Of a DNA stretch of 52,668 bases, positions 8,964-18,564 are shown in pieces. A program made the translations under genes and the position numbers. The DNA is from Saprospiraceae bacterium (GTDB taxonomy: Bacteria; Bacteroidota; Bacteroidia; Chitinophagales; Saprospiraceae). Every line of letters begins with the position of its first letter. The stretch's first letter is position 1. The DNA is taken from assembly GCA_043756725.1 (NCBI GenBank), contig JAYUQN010001025.1, forward strand, positions 1 to 52,668. Reading direction: 5' to 3'. The notes beneath the pieces are model-generated. The model saw nothing but the letters and a program-made list of their open reading frames with translations. It did no database searches and was not told where the DNA came from.

Positions 8964-10052
8964 TGTTTACATATTTTACAATGTAAACAAATAAAGAAAT
9001 CACATTATTATTTCTTGAATTAGTTGGCGATAATCATCCGCACCCACGCTTTTAGGCGCATAGCGGAAAATATCTAAGCCCTGCGTCGGTGCTTCTGCCA
9101 AAGCAATATTTGACCGAATAACTGTTTTAAAAGCAATATCGCCTAATGACTGCCGAATCGTGTCTAAAACATTTCTGTTCAGTACTTTCCGTCCATCAAA
9201 TTTGGTGATGAAAACATGGTCTATGCTCAAACCAATGCGCGATATGGCTTCGCTCAAAATAGCATAGCCTTTCAAAGCTAAAAATTCTGCTTCAATCGGT
9301 ACATAAATTTCATCAGAAGCAATAAAGGCATTGATGGTCAAAAGCCCTAAAGAGGGCGGACAATCAATCAGAATATAGTCATATTGATTTTTCAAAGGTG
9401 TTATGAGGCGACTTAATATCTCCTCACGCTTAAATTCACCTGACAATTCAATTTCCGCTTTGATTAAATCTAAGGATGAGGGAATGATAAATAGCCCATC
9501 GGTAATGCGTATCGGCTCCAATGGATATTCTCCCCTCAAAGCACCATAAATGGGCTTATCGGTGTCAAATAAACCCAGACTTTGGGTTAGGTTGAATTGT
9601 GGGTCGAGGTCAATTAATAAAATGCGTTTGCCTTCCATACTCATGCCGACACCGATATTAACCGTTGAGGTTGTTTTACCAACACCCCCTTTGAAATTAG
9701 CGATTGAGATAATTTTGCTCAATGTTTACATTGTTTAAAGTGTTTACAAAAATAATTTACAGAGCAAAGATACAATGATTACAGAGATTACATAGTATAT
9801 TTTGTAATAAAATATTACTTTGTTTACATAAATTATGCAGAAAAACCTTGAAATAAGATGAGGGTAGCAAATCAAGTTAGCGAAGCTATGCAGTTTAAAA
9901 GTTGTTTATTTTGGATTGGGGCAACTTAATAGTCAAGTTAGCTATACTTTACTAAGCAAGATTAAAAAAAGCTTAAAAAGCAAATTTAACTATAAAAAAA
10001 TTTAAAAAAATTTAAAATTATTACAATGTAATCAATGTAATAATTGTAAACA
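8964..10052. promoter_or_regulatory. Cluster of TGTTTACA/TGTAAACA octamers around parA (candidate centromere/operator sites)
   Basis: TGTTTACA occurs at 8964, 9723, 9741 and 9821. TGTAAACA occurs at 8982 and 10045. About 0.03 copies are expected by chance in 1.1 kb. The pair at 8964..8989 forms a palindrome between parA and its partner gene. TTACAATG/CATTGTAA palindromes lie at 8437..8456 and 10021 onward. Confidence 0.5.
9000..9722 (-). CDS. parA: ParA/Soj-family partition ATPase
   Basis: The deviant Walker A is IANFKGGVGKTTST. LLIDLDPQ and ILIDCPPSLG motifs are also present. The protein is 240 aa. Confidence 0.92.
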   Translation of the reverse strand: MSKIISIANFKGGVGKTTSTVNIGVGMSMEGKRILLIDLDPQFNLTQSLGLFDTDKPIYGALRGEYPLEPIRITDGLFIIPSSLDLIKAEIELSGEFKREEILSRLITPLKNQYDYILIDCPPSLGLLTINAFIASDEIYVPIEAEFLALKGYAILSEAISRIGLSIDHVFITKFDGRKVLNRNVLDTIRQSLGDIAFKTVIRSNIALAEAPTQGLDIFRYAPKSVGADDYRQLIQEIIM

Positions 10053-10346
10053 GTGCATCAAATTATCATAAAATATAATAAATTATCAATGTGTTCAATG
10101 TGTAATCCTTGTATACGTTGTAATAATTGAATTTAACAGCAAACTTCATTCTTTTTAATTATATCTAAAAAAGAGATAATTACCAGCCAGATACTGAGGG
10201 GTGTAATTTCTATTAAAAAAAAACCTGAAAAAGTTAAAAAAGTTAAGCGTTTATCTTTTTTTCATTTAATTTTTATCTTTTACGAAACCTACTTTCTTTT
10301 ATAATTAGCTGATAATCAATTTTTTATATGCTGCTAATTTTTTATC

Positions 10347-10660
10347 TCGGTACACTTGTGGGGCTTGTTCGGTACATTTATGGGGTTTATTCGGTACATT
10401 ATTAGGGTGCTCCCAGTACATTTATGGGGTTGATTCGGTACATTTATGGGGCTTTTTAAGTTTTTTCCCATTATCTCGGTACACTTATGGGGTTTTTGCC
10501 TCTAATTGTGCTATTCCTAACCTCTCGGGAAGGATTATTTTTCTCAACTCGGTACATTTATGGGGTTTTGAGAGAGATGCTTAAAGTCTTATTCGGTACA
10601 TGGTTGGGGTTGGAATAGAAGTATTATTTTCGGTACATCGATATTTTATTTGTACCGAAT
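10347..10660 (+). repeat. Iteron array (putative plasmid-type origin of replication)
   Basis: The unit TCGGTACA(T/C)TT(A/G)TGGGG starts at 10347, 10369, 10391, 10413 and 10435, an exact 22-bp phasing. Further copies start at 10476, 10549 and 10593. A half-site palindrome, TTCGGTACA...TGTACCGAA, lies at 10629..10659. The array sits directly upstream of the rep gene and next to an AT-rich kilobase. Confidence 0.85.
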
Positions 10661-10726
10661 AAAAAGAGTTTCCTATATTTGTCCTGTAATGCCTGTAATG
10701 ATAATTAATACCAAATCCACGATACT

Positions 10727-11995
10727 ATGCAATCACCAAATTTACTGCCTGACAAATATGCCCGCATCGACAACCAGTTTGTTTTCAACGCTCGGTATCG
10801 TTTGCCTGCCCGCGAACAAAAGATAATTCTTTATCTTATTTCTAAGATTAATCCCATTAAGGAAAACGAATTTCATAAACAGCGGTTATCAATCGGTGAA
10901 ATGAAGCAATTGCTCACCAGAGAAGGAGCCAAATATGGCAGTTTTTACAGCGAATTGACAACGATAGCCGAGACGATGACAAATTGTAAAATAACATTTC
11001 CAACGCAATTTGAATTCAATGGCACACGCTTAAAAGGGGCTATCAACTGGTTTCAGCACTGTATTCCGATAGAAGATGAAAAAGGCGAATTGTATCTCGA
11101 ATTTGTTTTTTCCGAAATTTTGAAACCTTTTATCATTGATTTAAAAGAATACGTGAAAATTGGGGTCGCAGAAGTGTTTCCAATGCGCAGTGGTTATGCC
11201 ATCAGAATGTTTCAATTGCTGAAAGCAGAATATGATCGATTGAAAGAATATAAAAAAGTGGTGCATTATGATTTATCTTTAGAGAAACTCAAAGAGCTTT
11301 TGAGTATAGAAGGCAAATACAATTATCCCGATTTTAAGAATTTTCGTGTGCGTGTTCTTGACCCTATTCGAGATGATATTAATGAATTTAGTAATAACAT
11401 TCAGATTGATTATGATTATTTGAAAACGGGTAAAAAAGTGACGGGTATCAAGTTTATCATTTCAGCAAAAAATGATAAACCTTTGAAAATTACGAGCCTC
11501 TCTCCACAAGAGTCCTTACGGACAGTATCAGACACCCCAAAACCAGAAAAAAGCCCGAAAACCAAAAAAGTTGCGACTGAAAAAAAGCTTGACTTATCGC
11601 TCTTGACCCGTGCTCAACTGCAAGCCGCAAAATTGCTTTCTGATTTTGGTGTTTTTGAAGGGATTGCTGTAAAACAAATATTACCGACCATTGGCGGTTC
11701 AGAAGTTGTCGGTTTTGAGGATATATTTATACAAAAAGCTTTAACCTATTTTCAAAATAATACTAAAAAGCGGGATACAGATGATTTGAGCGCGCCCACT
11801 TTTGTGGTGTGGTGGCATGAAAAAAAGATTTTTGATACCCACTCTGATTCGGGTGCATGGACTATTTTGATGGAGCAAGTATCGGATGAAAAAAAGAAAA
11901 TGCAACAGAATGACCCCATAGCTTATGACAATCGCCTCATGGCTCGAACAATGACAAACACTGCTTTTGAACAATGGTATCGTCAAAATAAATAG
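10727..11995 (+). CDS. Rep_3-type plasmid replication initiator
   Basis: The 422-aa protein has ARYRLPAREQKIILYLISKI, FPMRSGYAIRMFQLLKAEYD and FKNFRVRVLDPIRDDINEFSN...TGKKVTGIKFII. These match the characteristic Rep_3 winged-helix pattern. Iterons lie upstream. Confidence 0.88.
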   Translation: MQSPNLLPDKYARIDNQFVFNARYRLPAREQKIILYLISKINPIKENEFHKQRLSIGEMKQLLTREGAKYGSFYSELTTIAETMTNCKITFPTQFEFNGTRLKGAINWFQHCIPIEDEKGELYLEFVFSEILKPFIIDLKEYVKIGVAEVFPMRSGYAIRMFQLLKAEYDRLKEYKKVVHYDLSLEKLKELLSIEGKYNYPDFKNFRVRVLDPIRDDINEFSNNIQIDYDYLKTGKKVTGIKFIISAKNDKPLKITSLSPQESLRTVSDTPKPEKSPKTKKVATEKKLDLSLLTRAQLQAAKLLSDFGVFEGIAVKQILPTIGGSEVVGFEDIFIQKALTYFQNNTKKRDTDDLSAPTFVVWWHEKKIFDTHSDSGAWTILMEQVSDEKKKMQQNDPIAYDNRLMARTMTNTAFEQWYRQNK

Positions 11996-12171
11996 GGTAG
12001 GGAAAGATTTGTTTATAATGGTTTGATAAGTTCACAGATTATTAAAAAAGAAAATAGCATTTTATATAAAAATCTTTTTACTTTGTGTTTGTTTTTTGTG
12101 GCTGGCGTAAAGTATAATAAATTATTTATATAGATGGCTTATAAAATTCCCACAGCAATTTGAGTTATGAA

Positions 12172-13068
12172 ATGACGATTAAGGATGCCAATACCCTGTC
12201 CATTGTGAAGGTGCTTGAAAAGTTAGCCTTCCAGCCAATTGAAGTGCCGCAACATGGAAACGATGTGTGGTATATCTCTCCCTTTCGCCCGAAGGAGCGA
12301 GCTGCTAATTTTCATGTAGATATGCGTCGTAATATTTGGTATGATTTCGTCATTAATACAGGTGGTTCGACACTTGATTTTATTAAGCATTTTAAGGATT
12401 GTGATGAATCAACGGCTTTGGATATTATCGGCGGTTTTTTTAAGCAATCAAGTTTATCTTCGGCTAATAATTATAATAAACCCAATAACTCGGCTATCAA
12501 TACGCTTTTCGTTTTAAACGATGTCAAACCTTTGACGAACCCTTCGCTTTTATCCTACCTTTTGGAAGAAAAACGCATCAATACAAATGTGGCTAAAAAA
12601 TACCTTGTGGAAGTAGCTTATACGCATACGGAAGATAAAAAAAGTTATTATGCCTCAGCTATGGAAAATGAATCGGGCGGTTATGAGGTGCGCAATAAGT
12701 ATTTTGAAGGGTTTTTAGGTAAAAAAGACATCACTATACTGAGGGGGGGTACAACCCATGAAAATACGCTTTCAGTCTTTATGAATTTGATGGATTTTTT
12801 ATCAGCGGTTGAATATTATGGAACTATAATGACAGCCAATGATGTGATAATTGTACACCATACCGATTTTTTACAGAAAGCCATGAATGTGATTGAAAAC
12901 AATAAATATCAACGCGTTTTCACCTATTTTGAAAACGGCGAAGTAGGAGAGGAGCGTATAAAAGCGTTTCAAAAAGGGTTTGGTAAAATACACGAACCCT
13001 GTCATGGTTTTTATTATCCTCATAATGATTTTAATGCTTATTGGCAGCATTTTAGGGGTAAAAAGTAG
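12172..13068 (+). CDS. Toprim/primase-like protein of the kind found on Bacteroidota mobile replicons
   Basis: ATG at 12172 is preferred over the tracked TTG at 12160. The N-terminus is zinc-finger-like without the Cys ligands (WYISPFRPKERAANFHVDMRRNIWYDF). The Toprim-like core is LSVFMNLMDFLSA ... TYFENGEVGEE. The acidic Toprim residues look partly substituted. Confidence 0.6.
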   Translation: MTIKDANTLSIVKVLEKLAFQPIEVPQHGNDVWYISPFRPKERAANFHVDMRRNIWYDFVINTGGSTLDFIKHFKDCDESTALDIIGGFFKQSSLSSANNYNKPNNSAINTLFVLNDVKPLTNPSLLSYLLEEKRINTNVAKKYLVEVAYTHTEDKKSYYASAMENESGGYEVRNKYFEGFLGKKDITILRGGTTHENTLSVFMNLMDFLSAVEYYGTIMTANDVIIVHHTDFLQKAMNVIENNKYQRVFTYFENGEVGEERIKAFQKGFGKIHEPCHGFYYPHNDFNAYWQHFRGKK

Positions 13069-13143
13069 TTGCGAATTTATTCGCAACGGAAAATTAATGC
13101 CTTCCTCAATAGTTTAACATAGGTTTTTTAATAATTAAGTAAC

Positions 13144-13179
13144 CACCTGTAGCGGCAAATTTAGTCGCCGCTACAGGTG
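13144..13179. repeat. Perfect 13-bp-arm hairpin (CACCTGTAGCGGC / GCCGCTACAGGTG)
   Basis: The loop is AAATTTAGTC. It shares the CTGTAGCGGC arm core with the 18458..18529 palindrome. A separate hairpin, GTTGCGAA-TTTA-TTCGCAAC, lies at 13068..13087 and overlaps the primase stop codon. Confidence 0.7.
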
Positions 13180-13327
13180 ATTAAACAAGATTTAGGGTAA
13201 GGCTTTTTTGATTGAACGCAGCGACAATATCATCCATCTTTGCGAGATAAAATTTTTTACAGATGAATTGATTATGGATAAAAAAATGGTAGATAATCTG
13301 AAAAATAAAAGAACTATTTTCAATTAC

Positions 13328-13478
13328 CAATAGTCCGTGCATTTTTTTGAAATAGTATTAAATTGGGCTTTTTGGGGAAACTACGTAAAATATTATTTCG
13401 ATTTTTTAGATATAACTTTGACAAAGTTGTGCTAAAAACAAAATTATATTTTTCGCTTAAAAAATGCACGGACTATTG
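13328..13478 (-). repeat. MITE-like element, copy A (151 bp, 20-bp terminal inverted repeats)
   Basis: The terminal inverted repeats are CAATAGTCCGTGCATTTTTT and AAAAAATGCACGGACTATTG. The reverse complement aligns with 37384..37550 through AAGCG(A/G)AAAATA..AGCACAACTTTG(T/A)CAAAGTT..ATCGAAA. Confidence 0.6.
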
Positions 13479-13627
13479 AAAACTAATTATCACGAAACAA
13501 AAAAAATATGTTTTGTACCCTTTAAATGGTATTTGGTAAGCATTTTGTATTATGAGAAAGATTGAAGAACAATAGTGCTTACTTTTTAAGCATTTTACAA
13601 ATAAATCAGCAAAAACGATACGCTTCT

Positions 13628-16600
13628 ATGAAAGGTAAACTATTTTATGTCCTTTCGTTTTTGGCTATTTGCACTTTATTAAGTGCAAGCCTAACGCCAA
13701 AAAAATTCTATGAAATTTTAGATACAGTCAAGTCCGTTCAACCTGTGTCAAAAACAAGTGAAAGGGAAATTTCTGAAAAAATAAGTGCTTATACTGTCCA
13801 AAGGGACTCCTATGGAGAGGGGGGGGCTGATGCCGCTTTTTTACCGCCCATAGCACCCAGTGAAACCTGCACAGAGGCTATGCAAATCTGTTCGGGCGTC
13901 ACAGTGCCTGCTCGAACTTCCAGCGGTACGGCAGAAGCGGGTCCTTATTATGGCTGCTTGAGCACTGTGCCTAACCCCACTTGGGTGTATGTGAAAATTG
14001 CAACAAGCGGAACGCTTTCATTTAATGTAACGCTTGCGCCTTCTGCGGATGTCGATTTTGCGGCTTGGGGTCCTTTTGTTGCACCCACTTGCGGGGCGGC
14101 TTTGAGTTCGTTAAAGATGAAAGCCTGTGATTACAACACAACAAATGGCGGCACGGCGAATCTCGGAAATGTTTTAGCAGGGGAATATTATATGATTTTA
14201 TTAACCAACTATTCTAATACAGCAGGCAATATTTCGGCTACAATTAATGGGGGATCCACAGCAACCTTAGAATGTGCAACGCCCGGTGGCTATGGAGGCA
14301 ATTTGAAACTCTGGTTTAAAGCCAACGCAGGAACCAATACGACGACCAATGGTGGCGCTATTTCTCAATGGACGGATCAAGGGGGGCAAGGTAAAAACGT
14401 GACGCAAGCCACGGCTGGAAACAGACCTTTGTTTGTCACAAATGGCATTAATTTTAACCCTGCTATTGATTACGATGGCTCGAATGACTATTTGCTCAAC
14501 ACAACAACGGGCATAACGGGCGGCGATAAAACGTATTTTGCCGTAACGATTGCCAATACTTTACCGCTTACGACGGTAGGTATTATCGGTGCGGGTACAA
14601 CCTTAGATGAAACTGATTTTGGCTATGAAAATGGGAAGCTCAATATGTATGAAAATTTGCTTGGTACGGCTTCTGGCACAACAGCTATTTCAACAGCAAT
14701 ACCCATACTTTCTACAGGTATAGAATCAAGCAATGCTTTGTCATTTTTCAACAATGGTGCGGCGAATGGTTCGGGTTCTTATAGTTACAGTAATTCAACT
14801 ATTCGTTTTACGGTAGGTTGTCATAGCTTGGGATCTGCTTTATTGCCTGTTTATAAAAACTATTGGGATGGCTATATTTCAGAAGTTATTATGTATGATG
14901 GGGCGCTCACTGTTACGAATCGGGAAAGAGTAGAATCTTACTTAGGTATAAAATATGGTATTGAAGTGGGGCATAATTATCTTTCAAGCGATGGAACGGT
15001 TATTTGGGATAAAACGGTTAATGCCGCTTACCACAATAATGTCGCGGGCATAGGGCGTGATGATTTGGGTGGCTTAAACCAACGACAATCGAAGTCTGTT
15101 AATGCGTCTGCGCTTGTAACGATTGGTAATAATAATACCATTGTGGCTACCAATCAAGCCAATCCTAATAATTTTAGTGCGAATAAGTCCTATCTGATTA
15201 TGGGCGATAACAATGGTGCTGCTACGTGGCAGAACACTGAAACGGCTATTTTACGCAAACGCTTAACCCGTGAATGGAAAATAGGTGAATTAGGGACGGT
15301 GGGTTCTGTGAAAATACAAATACCAGACAATTCAAGCGTTTTAGCCTCAAAATTGCCTGCTGAAACGATGACGGTATATCTTTGGACGGATGCTGATGGT
15401 GATTTTTCAAGCGGTGCTATTGAAACGGCTATGACTTTGAGTGGTACGAATTGGGAAGCGAATATGGATTTTACAAATGGTCAATATTTTACTTTTGCAA
15501 CCGTCATGCCTCCAAGCCCGGGCTGCGTGGAAGGCGCAACGCTTTGGTTGAAAGCCAATAACGGGGCATCGCCTGTGGGAGGAGGAGGAGGTGCTTTAAC
15601 AAGTTGGACAGATAAAACAGCGGCTAATACTTTTACTATCAGTGGAACAGCTCCTACGGTTGTTGCTAATGGTTTCAATTTTAACCCGATTGTGCGCTTT
15701 GGCGGAGCGGGTAAATTGGTTGGCAATGTGGCTGTTGATATGAATGAGGGATATGCCGTAGTCAGTTATAATGGGGCGAGTAGCCTTGAAAGAGGAACGG
15801 TTGTAAGCCCTACCACAAATACGACATCAGATGGGAGTTCCCGTTATATGTTTCGTTCAGCTTCGGGGGGCATTTTTTATACAGGCATTATGTCTGCTAC
15901 CACTCTTCCAGCCACTTATTTAACTATGCCTGTGCCTAATAGTGGTGAAATCGCTTTATACAGTGCCAATTCAGCTAATATTTATAGAAAAAATGGGGTT
16001 GCAACGGGTTCTGGTTCTTCAGCAAATGGGATGAATGGCATACCCCAAGTGGGAGACCGTTCTCTTAATGATAGTAAATTGAATGGTGATTTGGCAGAGG
16101 TTATTTTATATGGCGCAACTATTTCAGCAACTGAAAGAGATAAAATTGAAACCTATCTGGCAGTGAAATATGGTCTTACTTTAGGACACAATTACGTCAG
16201 TGCTTCGGGCACAACTGTTTTCGCAGCAAATGGCGCAAGCTCAACGGATTTTGATGCCAATGTATTTGGTATTGGGCGTGAAGACTGTCAAGAATTGCAT
16301 CAAAAACAAGCGAAATCGGCGAATATAAATGGTATAGTCACGCTCGGTTTAGGCACAATTGCCGCTACCAATATTGCCAATACCAATACTTTAATGGAAG
16401 ATACCTATTTAATCATCGGCGATAATAATATGGCTGCAGGAGCTTCCGCTTTACCAACTGGCATGGCAAGTGCTTGTATACCGCCTGTGGGTATGGACGG
16501 GATTTTTGACCGAATTTGGAAAGCCCAAGAGACGGGTACAGTAGGCAGCACCCTTGTAAGTGTGCCAACGGCGAGCTTAACGGGTTTGGGATCGGCTAAT

Positions 16601-18457
16601 CCTGTGTATTTAGTGGTAGCAGATGATGTCGCTTTGACAATCAATGTGAAATATTTAATTATGACTGCCAATGGTGCCAATCAACAGGTGGCATTCGATT
16701 TTAATGGCACTCAATACTTCACTTTTGCGGGTAGTTTGGCAACTGAAACGTATTGCGCAGGCAGCCATTATGTGCGATGGGCAACACAAGGATGGGCAGC
16801 AGGTGCACTCACTAAAACGGTGAATTTGAACAATGGCTTAGTCATGACAACAACTGTGGCGGACTCGCAAAACATTTTACGAGCAGGCTATCCACGTTTG
16901 TATCAAGGTTTACCTATGGCTTATATCAATTCAAACAGTGCGTCAAAAGACATTACTTGGACGTCTCAATTCAATCAAACCATAGCCAGTTGCAATTTTA
17001 GCGTCTATGATATTGATAAAATACAGACTTTATTTGAACATGTAGACATCAAGGGTTATAAGGGTGCAACGGTCGTGAATCCTGTTTTGACCAAATCGTT
17101 GAGCAGTTATGTGTCCATTAGTGGCACGGTTGGCTCAGGTCAAATTAATAATACGACCACTTATAGCCCTTCTGCAAAATTGAATGTGGCTTTTAATGCG
17201 CCAATTGACAAAGTGGTTATTACATATAAAAACAATAAAAACACTTTGTATCCTCGAGGTGCAGCCATGCTTTTAAGCGATTTTATCATTTATTGTCCTG
17301 AGCCTGTTGTGACACCTGATAAAATTGCTTTGTCTAAAATAGCACCTATTGGCAATGTGAATCATGGCGATACAATTACCTATACTTTCAAATTTAACAA
17401 TGCGGATTGTGATGATAAAACCGTCAATTTTACAGACGTTTTGCCCGCAGGTTTTGTATGGAAAGCTAATACTTTAATAACGCCTTTGAACGGCACGGTT
17501 AATAGTTATGGAGGTACCAATACGGTGAGCATAACAGGCATAACCGTACCGCCTGGCATGAGTAGTTTTACTTTAGATGCTTATGCGGGTGCGGCAATCG
17601 GTACGCATAATAATCAAGCATCTTTTGTTGTGAATGGTACTACCTATTTATCAGACGATCCTTTTCAAACTGGGGCAAATAATGCAACGCCTATTATTTT
17701 AGTAGCCCCGCCGACAACGCCTCTTTTGACAATGGTGAAAGCTGTTTCTAAAGATACAGTTGTGAAAACAGATATTTTGACTTTCACCTATACTTTCAAT
17801 AACACAAGTGGTTCTGCAATTATAACAGATTTTACGGATGAAATTCAGCCCGATACGGTGCGCTATAAAGCGGCTTCGCTTGTTTATGGCGCAGGTCAAA
17901 CAGGTACAGCTAATGCATACAGCAATGTAAGTTCTTTGTATATTGAAAATTTAAGTATCCCAACTGGGGTTTCAACCTTAACGGTTCAAGTGGAAATGAA
18001 TGGTGCGAGTTTGGGTACTTATCAAAATATAGCCACCGTTATACCGACAACCGCATCGGGTTTTAGAGCCATTGAAATAAACTCTAATGAAGTGGCTTGG
18101 GCAATTGCACAAGGAGCCGCTTTTGAGTACGCTTTTGATTGTTTGGGGTCTACTGTGCAAGGCAGTTTTGCGGCTAATGGCACGGCGGGACAGGCGGGGA
18201 CGATAAAAATTCCTATCAATACGATACATAATGGTACAACAAGTTTTACCATTACAGGTACAGGTTTTACAGGCAATTTAACGACAAATATTACAGCTAA
18301 TACTGCTTTTATTACCCTTCCTATTGTGTATGATGGTTCGGGTACTGAGGGGTCTCGTATTTTAACGATAAGCTCGCCTGATGGCATGGGGAATTGCTCG
18401 GTGCAAGTGTTGATTAGTGTGGCTTGTAAAGCGGAAGGCGGCCGTATTGGGCAGTAA
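13628..18457 (+). CDS. Giant secreted repeat protein (about 1610 aa): LamG-like modules, DUF11-type repeats, one FxFxC module
   Basis: ATG at 13628 gives the signal peptide MKGKLFYVLSFLAICTLLSASL, so the tracked TTG at 13562 is probably too far upstream. Two LamG-like modules end in (V/I)E(S/T)YL(G/A)(I/V)KYG(I/L)..GHNY...GIGR(D/E)D...(N/H)Q(R/K)Q(S/A)KS. The DUF11-like repeats include KIAPIGNVNHGDTITYTFKFNN and MVKAVSKDTVVKTDILTFTYTFNN. The C-terminal tail is CKAEGGRIGQ. Confidence 0.85.
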   Translation: MKGKLFYVLSFLAICTLLSASLTPKKFYEILDTVKSVQPVSKTSEREISEKISAYTVQRDSYGEGGADAAFLPPIAPSETCTEAMQICSGVTVPARTSSGTAEAGPYYGCLSTVPNPTWVYVKIATSGTLSFNVTLAPSADVDFAAWGPFVAPTCGAALSSLKMKACDYNTTNGGTANLGNVLAGEYYMILLTNYSNTAGNISATINGGSTATLECATPGGYGGNLKLWFKANAGTNTTTNGGAISQWTDQGGQGKNVTQATAGNRPLFVTNGINFNPAIDYDGSNDYLLNTTTGITGGDKTYFAVTIANTLPLTTVGIIGAGTTLDETDFGYENGKLNMYENLLGTASGTTAISTAIPILSTGIESSNALSFFNNGAANGSGSYSYSNSTIRFTVGCHSLGSALLPVYKNYWDGYISEVIMYDGALTVTNRERVESYLGIKYGIEVGHNYLSSDGTVIWDKTVNAAYHNNVAGIGRDDLGGLNQRQSKSVNASALVTIGNNNTIVATNQANPNNFSANKSYLIMGDNNGAATWQNTETAILRKRLTREWKIGELGTVGSVKIQIPDNSSVLASKLPAETMTVYLWTDADGDFSSGAIETAMTLSGTNWEANMDFTNGQYFTFATVMPPSPGCVEGATLWLKANNGASPVGGGGGALTSWTDKTAANTFTISGTAPTVVANGFNFNPIVRFGGAGKLVGNVAVDMNEGYAVVSYNGASSLERGTVVSPTTNTTSDGSSRYMFRSASGGIFYTGIMSATTLPATYLTMPVPNSGEIALYSANSANIYRKNGVATGSGSSANGMNGIPQVGDRSLNDSKLNGDLAEVILYGATISATERDKIETYLAVKYGLTLGHNYVSASGTTVFAANGASSTDFDANVFGIGREDCQELHQKQAKSANINGIVTLGLGTIAATNIANTNTLMEDTYLIIGDNNMAAGASALPTGMASACIPPVGMDGIFDRIWKAQETGTVGSTLVSVPTASLTGLGSANPVYLVVADDVALTINVKYLIMTANGANQQVAFDFNGTQYFTFAGSLATETYCAGSHYVRWATQGWAAGALTKTVNLNNGLVMTTTVADSQNILRAGYPRLYQGLPMAYINSNSASKDITWTSQFNQTIASCNFSVYDIDKIQTLFEHVDIKGYKGATVVNPVLTKSLSSYVSISGTVGSGQINNTTTYSPSAKLNVAFNAPIDKVVITYKNNKNTLYPRGAAMLLSDFIIYCPEPVVTPDKIALSKIAPIGNVNHGDTITYTFKFNNADCDDKTVNFTDVLPAGFVWKANTLITPLNGTVNSYGGTNTVSITGITVPPGMSSFTLDAYAGAAIGTHNNQASFVVNGTTYLSDDPFQTGANNATPIILVAPPTTPLLTMVKAVSKDTVVKTDILTFTYTFNNTSGSAIITDFTDEIQPDTVRYKAASLVYGAGQTGTANAYSNVSSLYIENLSIPTGVSTLTVQVEMNGASLGTYQNIATVIPTTASGFRAIEINSNEVAWAIAQGAAFEYAFDCLGSTVQGSFAANGTAGQAGTIKIPINTIHNGTTSFTITGTGFTGNLTTNITANTAFITLPIVYDGSGTEGSRILTISSPDGMGNCSVQVLISVACKAEGGRIGQ

Positions 18458-18529
18458 CTGTAGCGGCGGATTTATCCGCAGACCTGTTTGACTTGTTGTG
18501 CAACTCGGCGGATAAATCCGCCGCTACAG
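18458..18529. repeat. 72-bp palindrome with 22-bp perfect arms, starting at the base after the stop codon
   Basis: The arms are CTGTAGCGGCGGATTTATCCGC and GCGGATAAATCCGCCGCTACAG. Each arm contains its own sub-palindrome, GCGGA-TTTA-TCCGC. Confidence 0.85.
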
Positions 18530-18564
18530 GGTTAAAAAATAGATAAACGCAATTTTTTTTTGAA

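Noticed and set aside
10347-10660. Regularly spaced direct repeats that could be mistaken for a CRISPR array
   Set aside because: The period is only 22 bp with 17-nt repeats and 5-nt gaps, leaving no room for spacers. There are no cas genes, and the array sits directly upstream of a Rep_3 gene. These are iterons.
13413-13420. TAACTTTG inside MITE-like copy A, considered as a Bacteroidota -7 promoter element (TAnnTTTG) driving the downstream giant gene
   Set aside because: No TTTG -33 element lies at the expected spacing. In copy B the same octamer points away from the downstream gene, so a promoter role is not consistently supported.
15568-15582. GGA x4 trinucleotide run (Gly5) in the 1610-aa gene, considered as a contingency repeat
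   Set aside because: Triplet slippage keeps the reading frame, and four units is too short to be notable.
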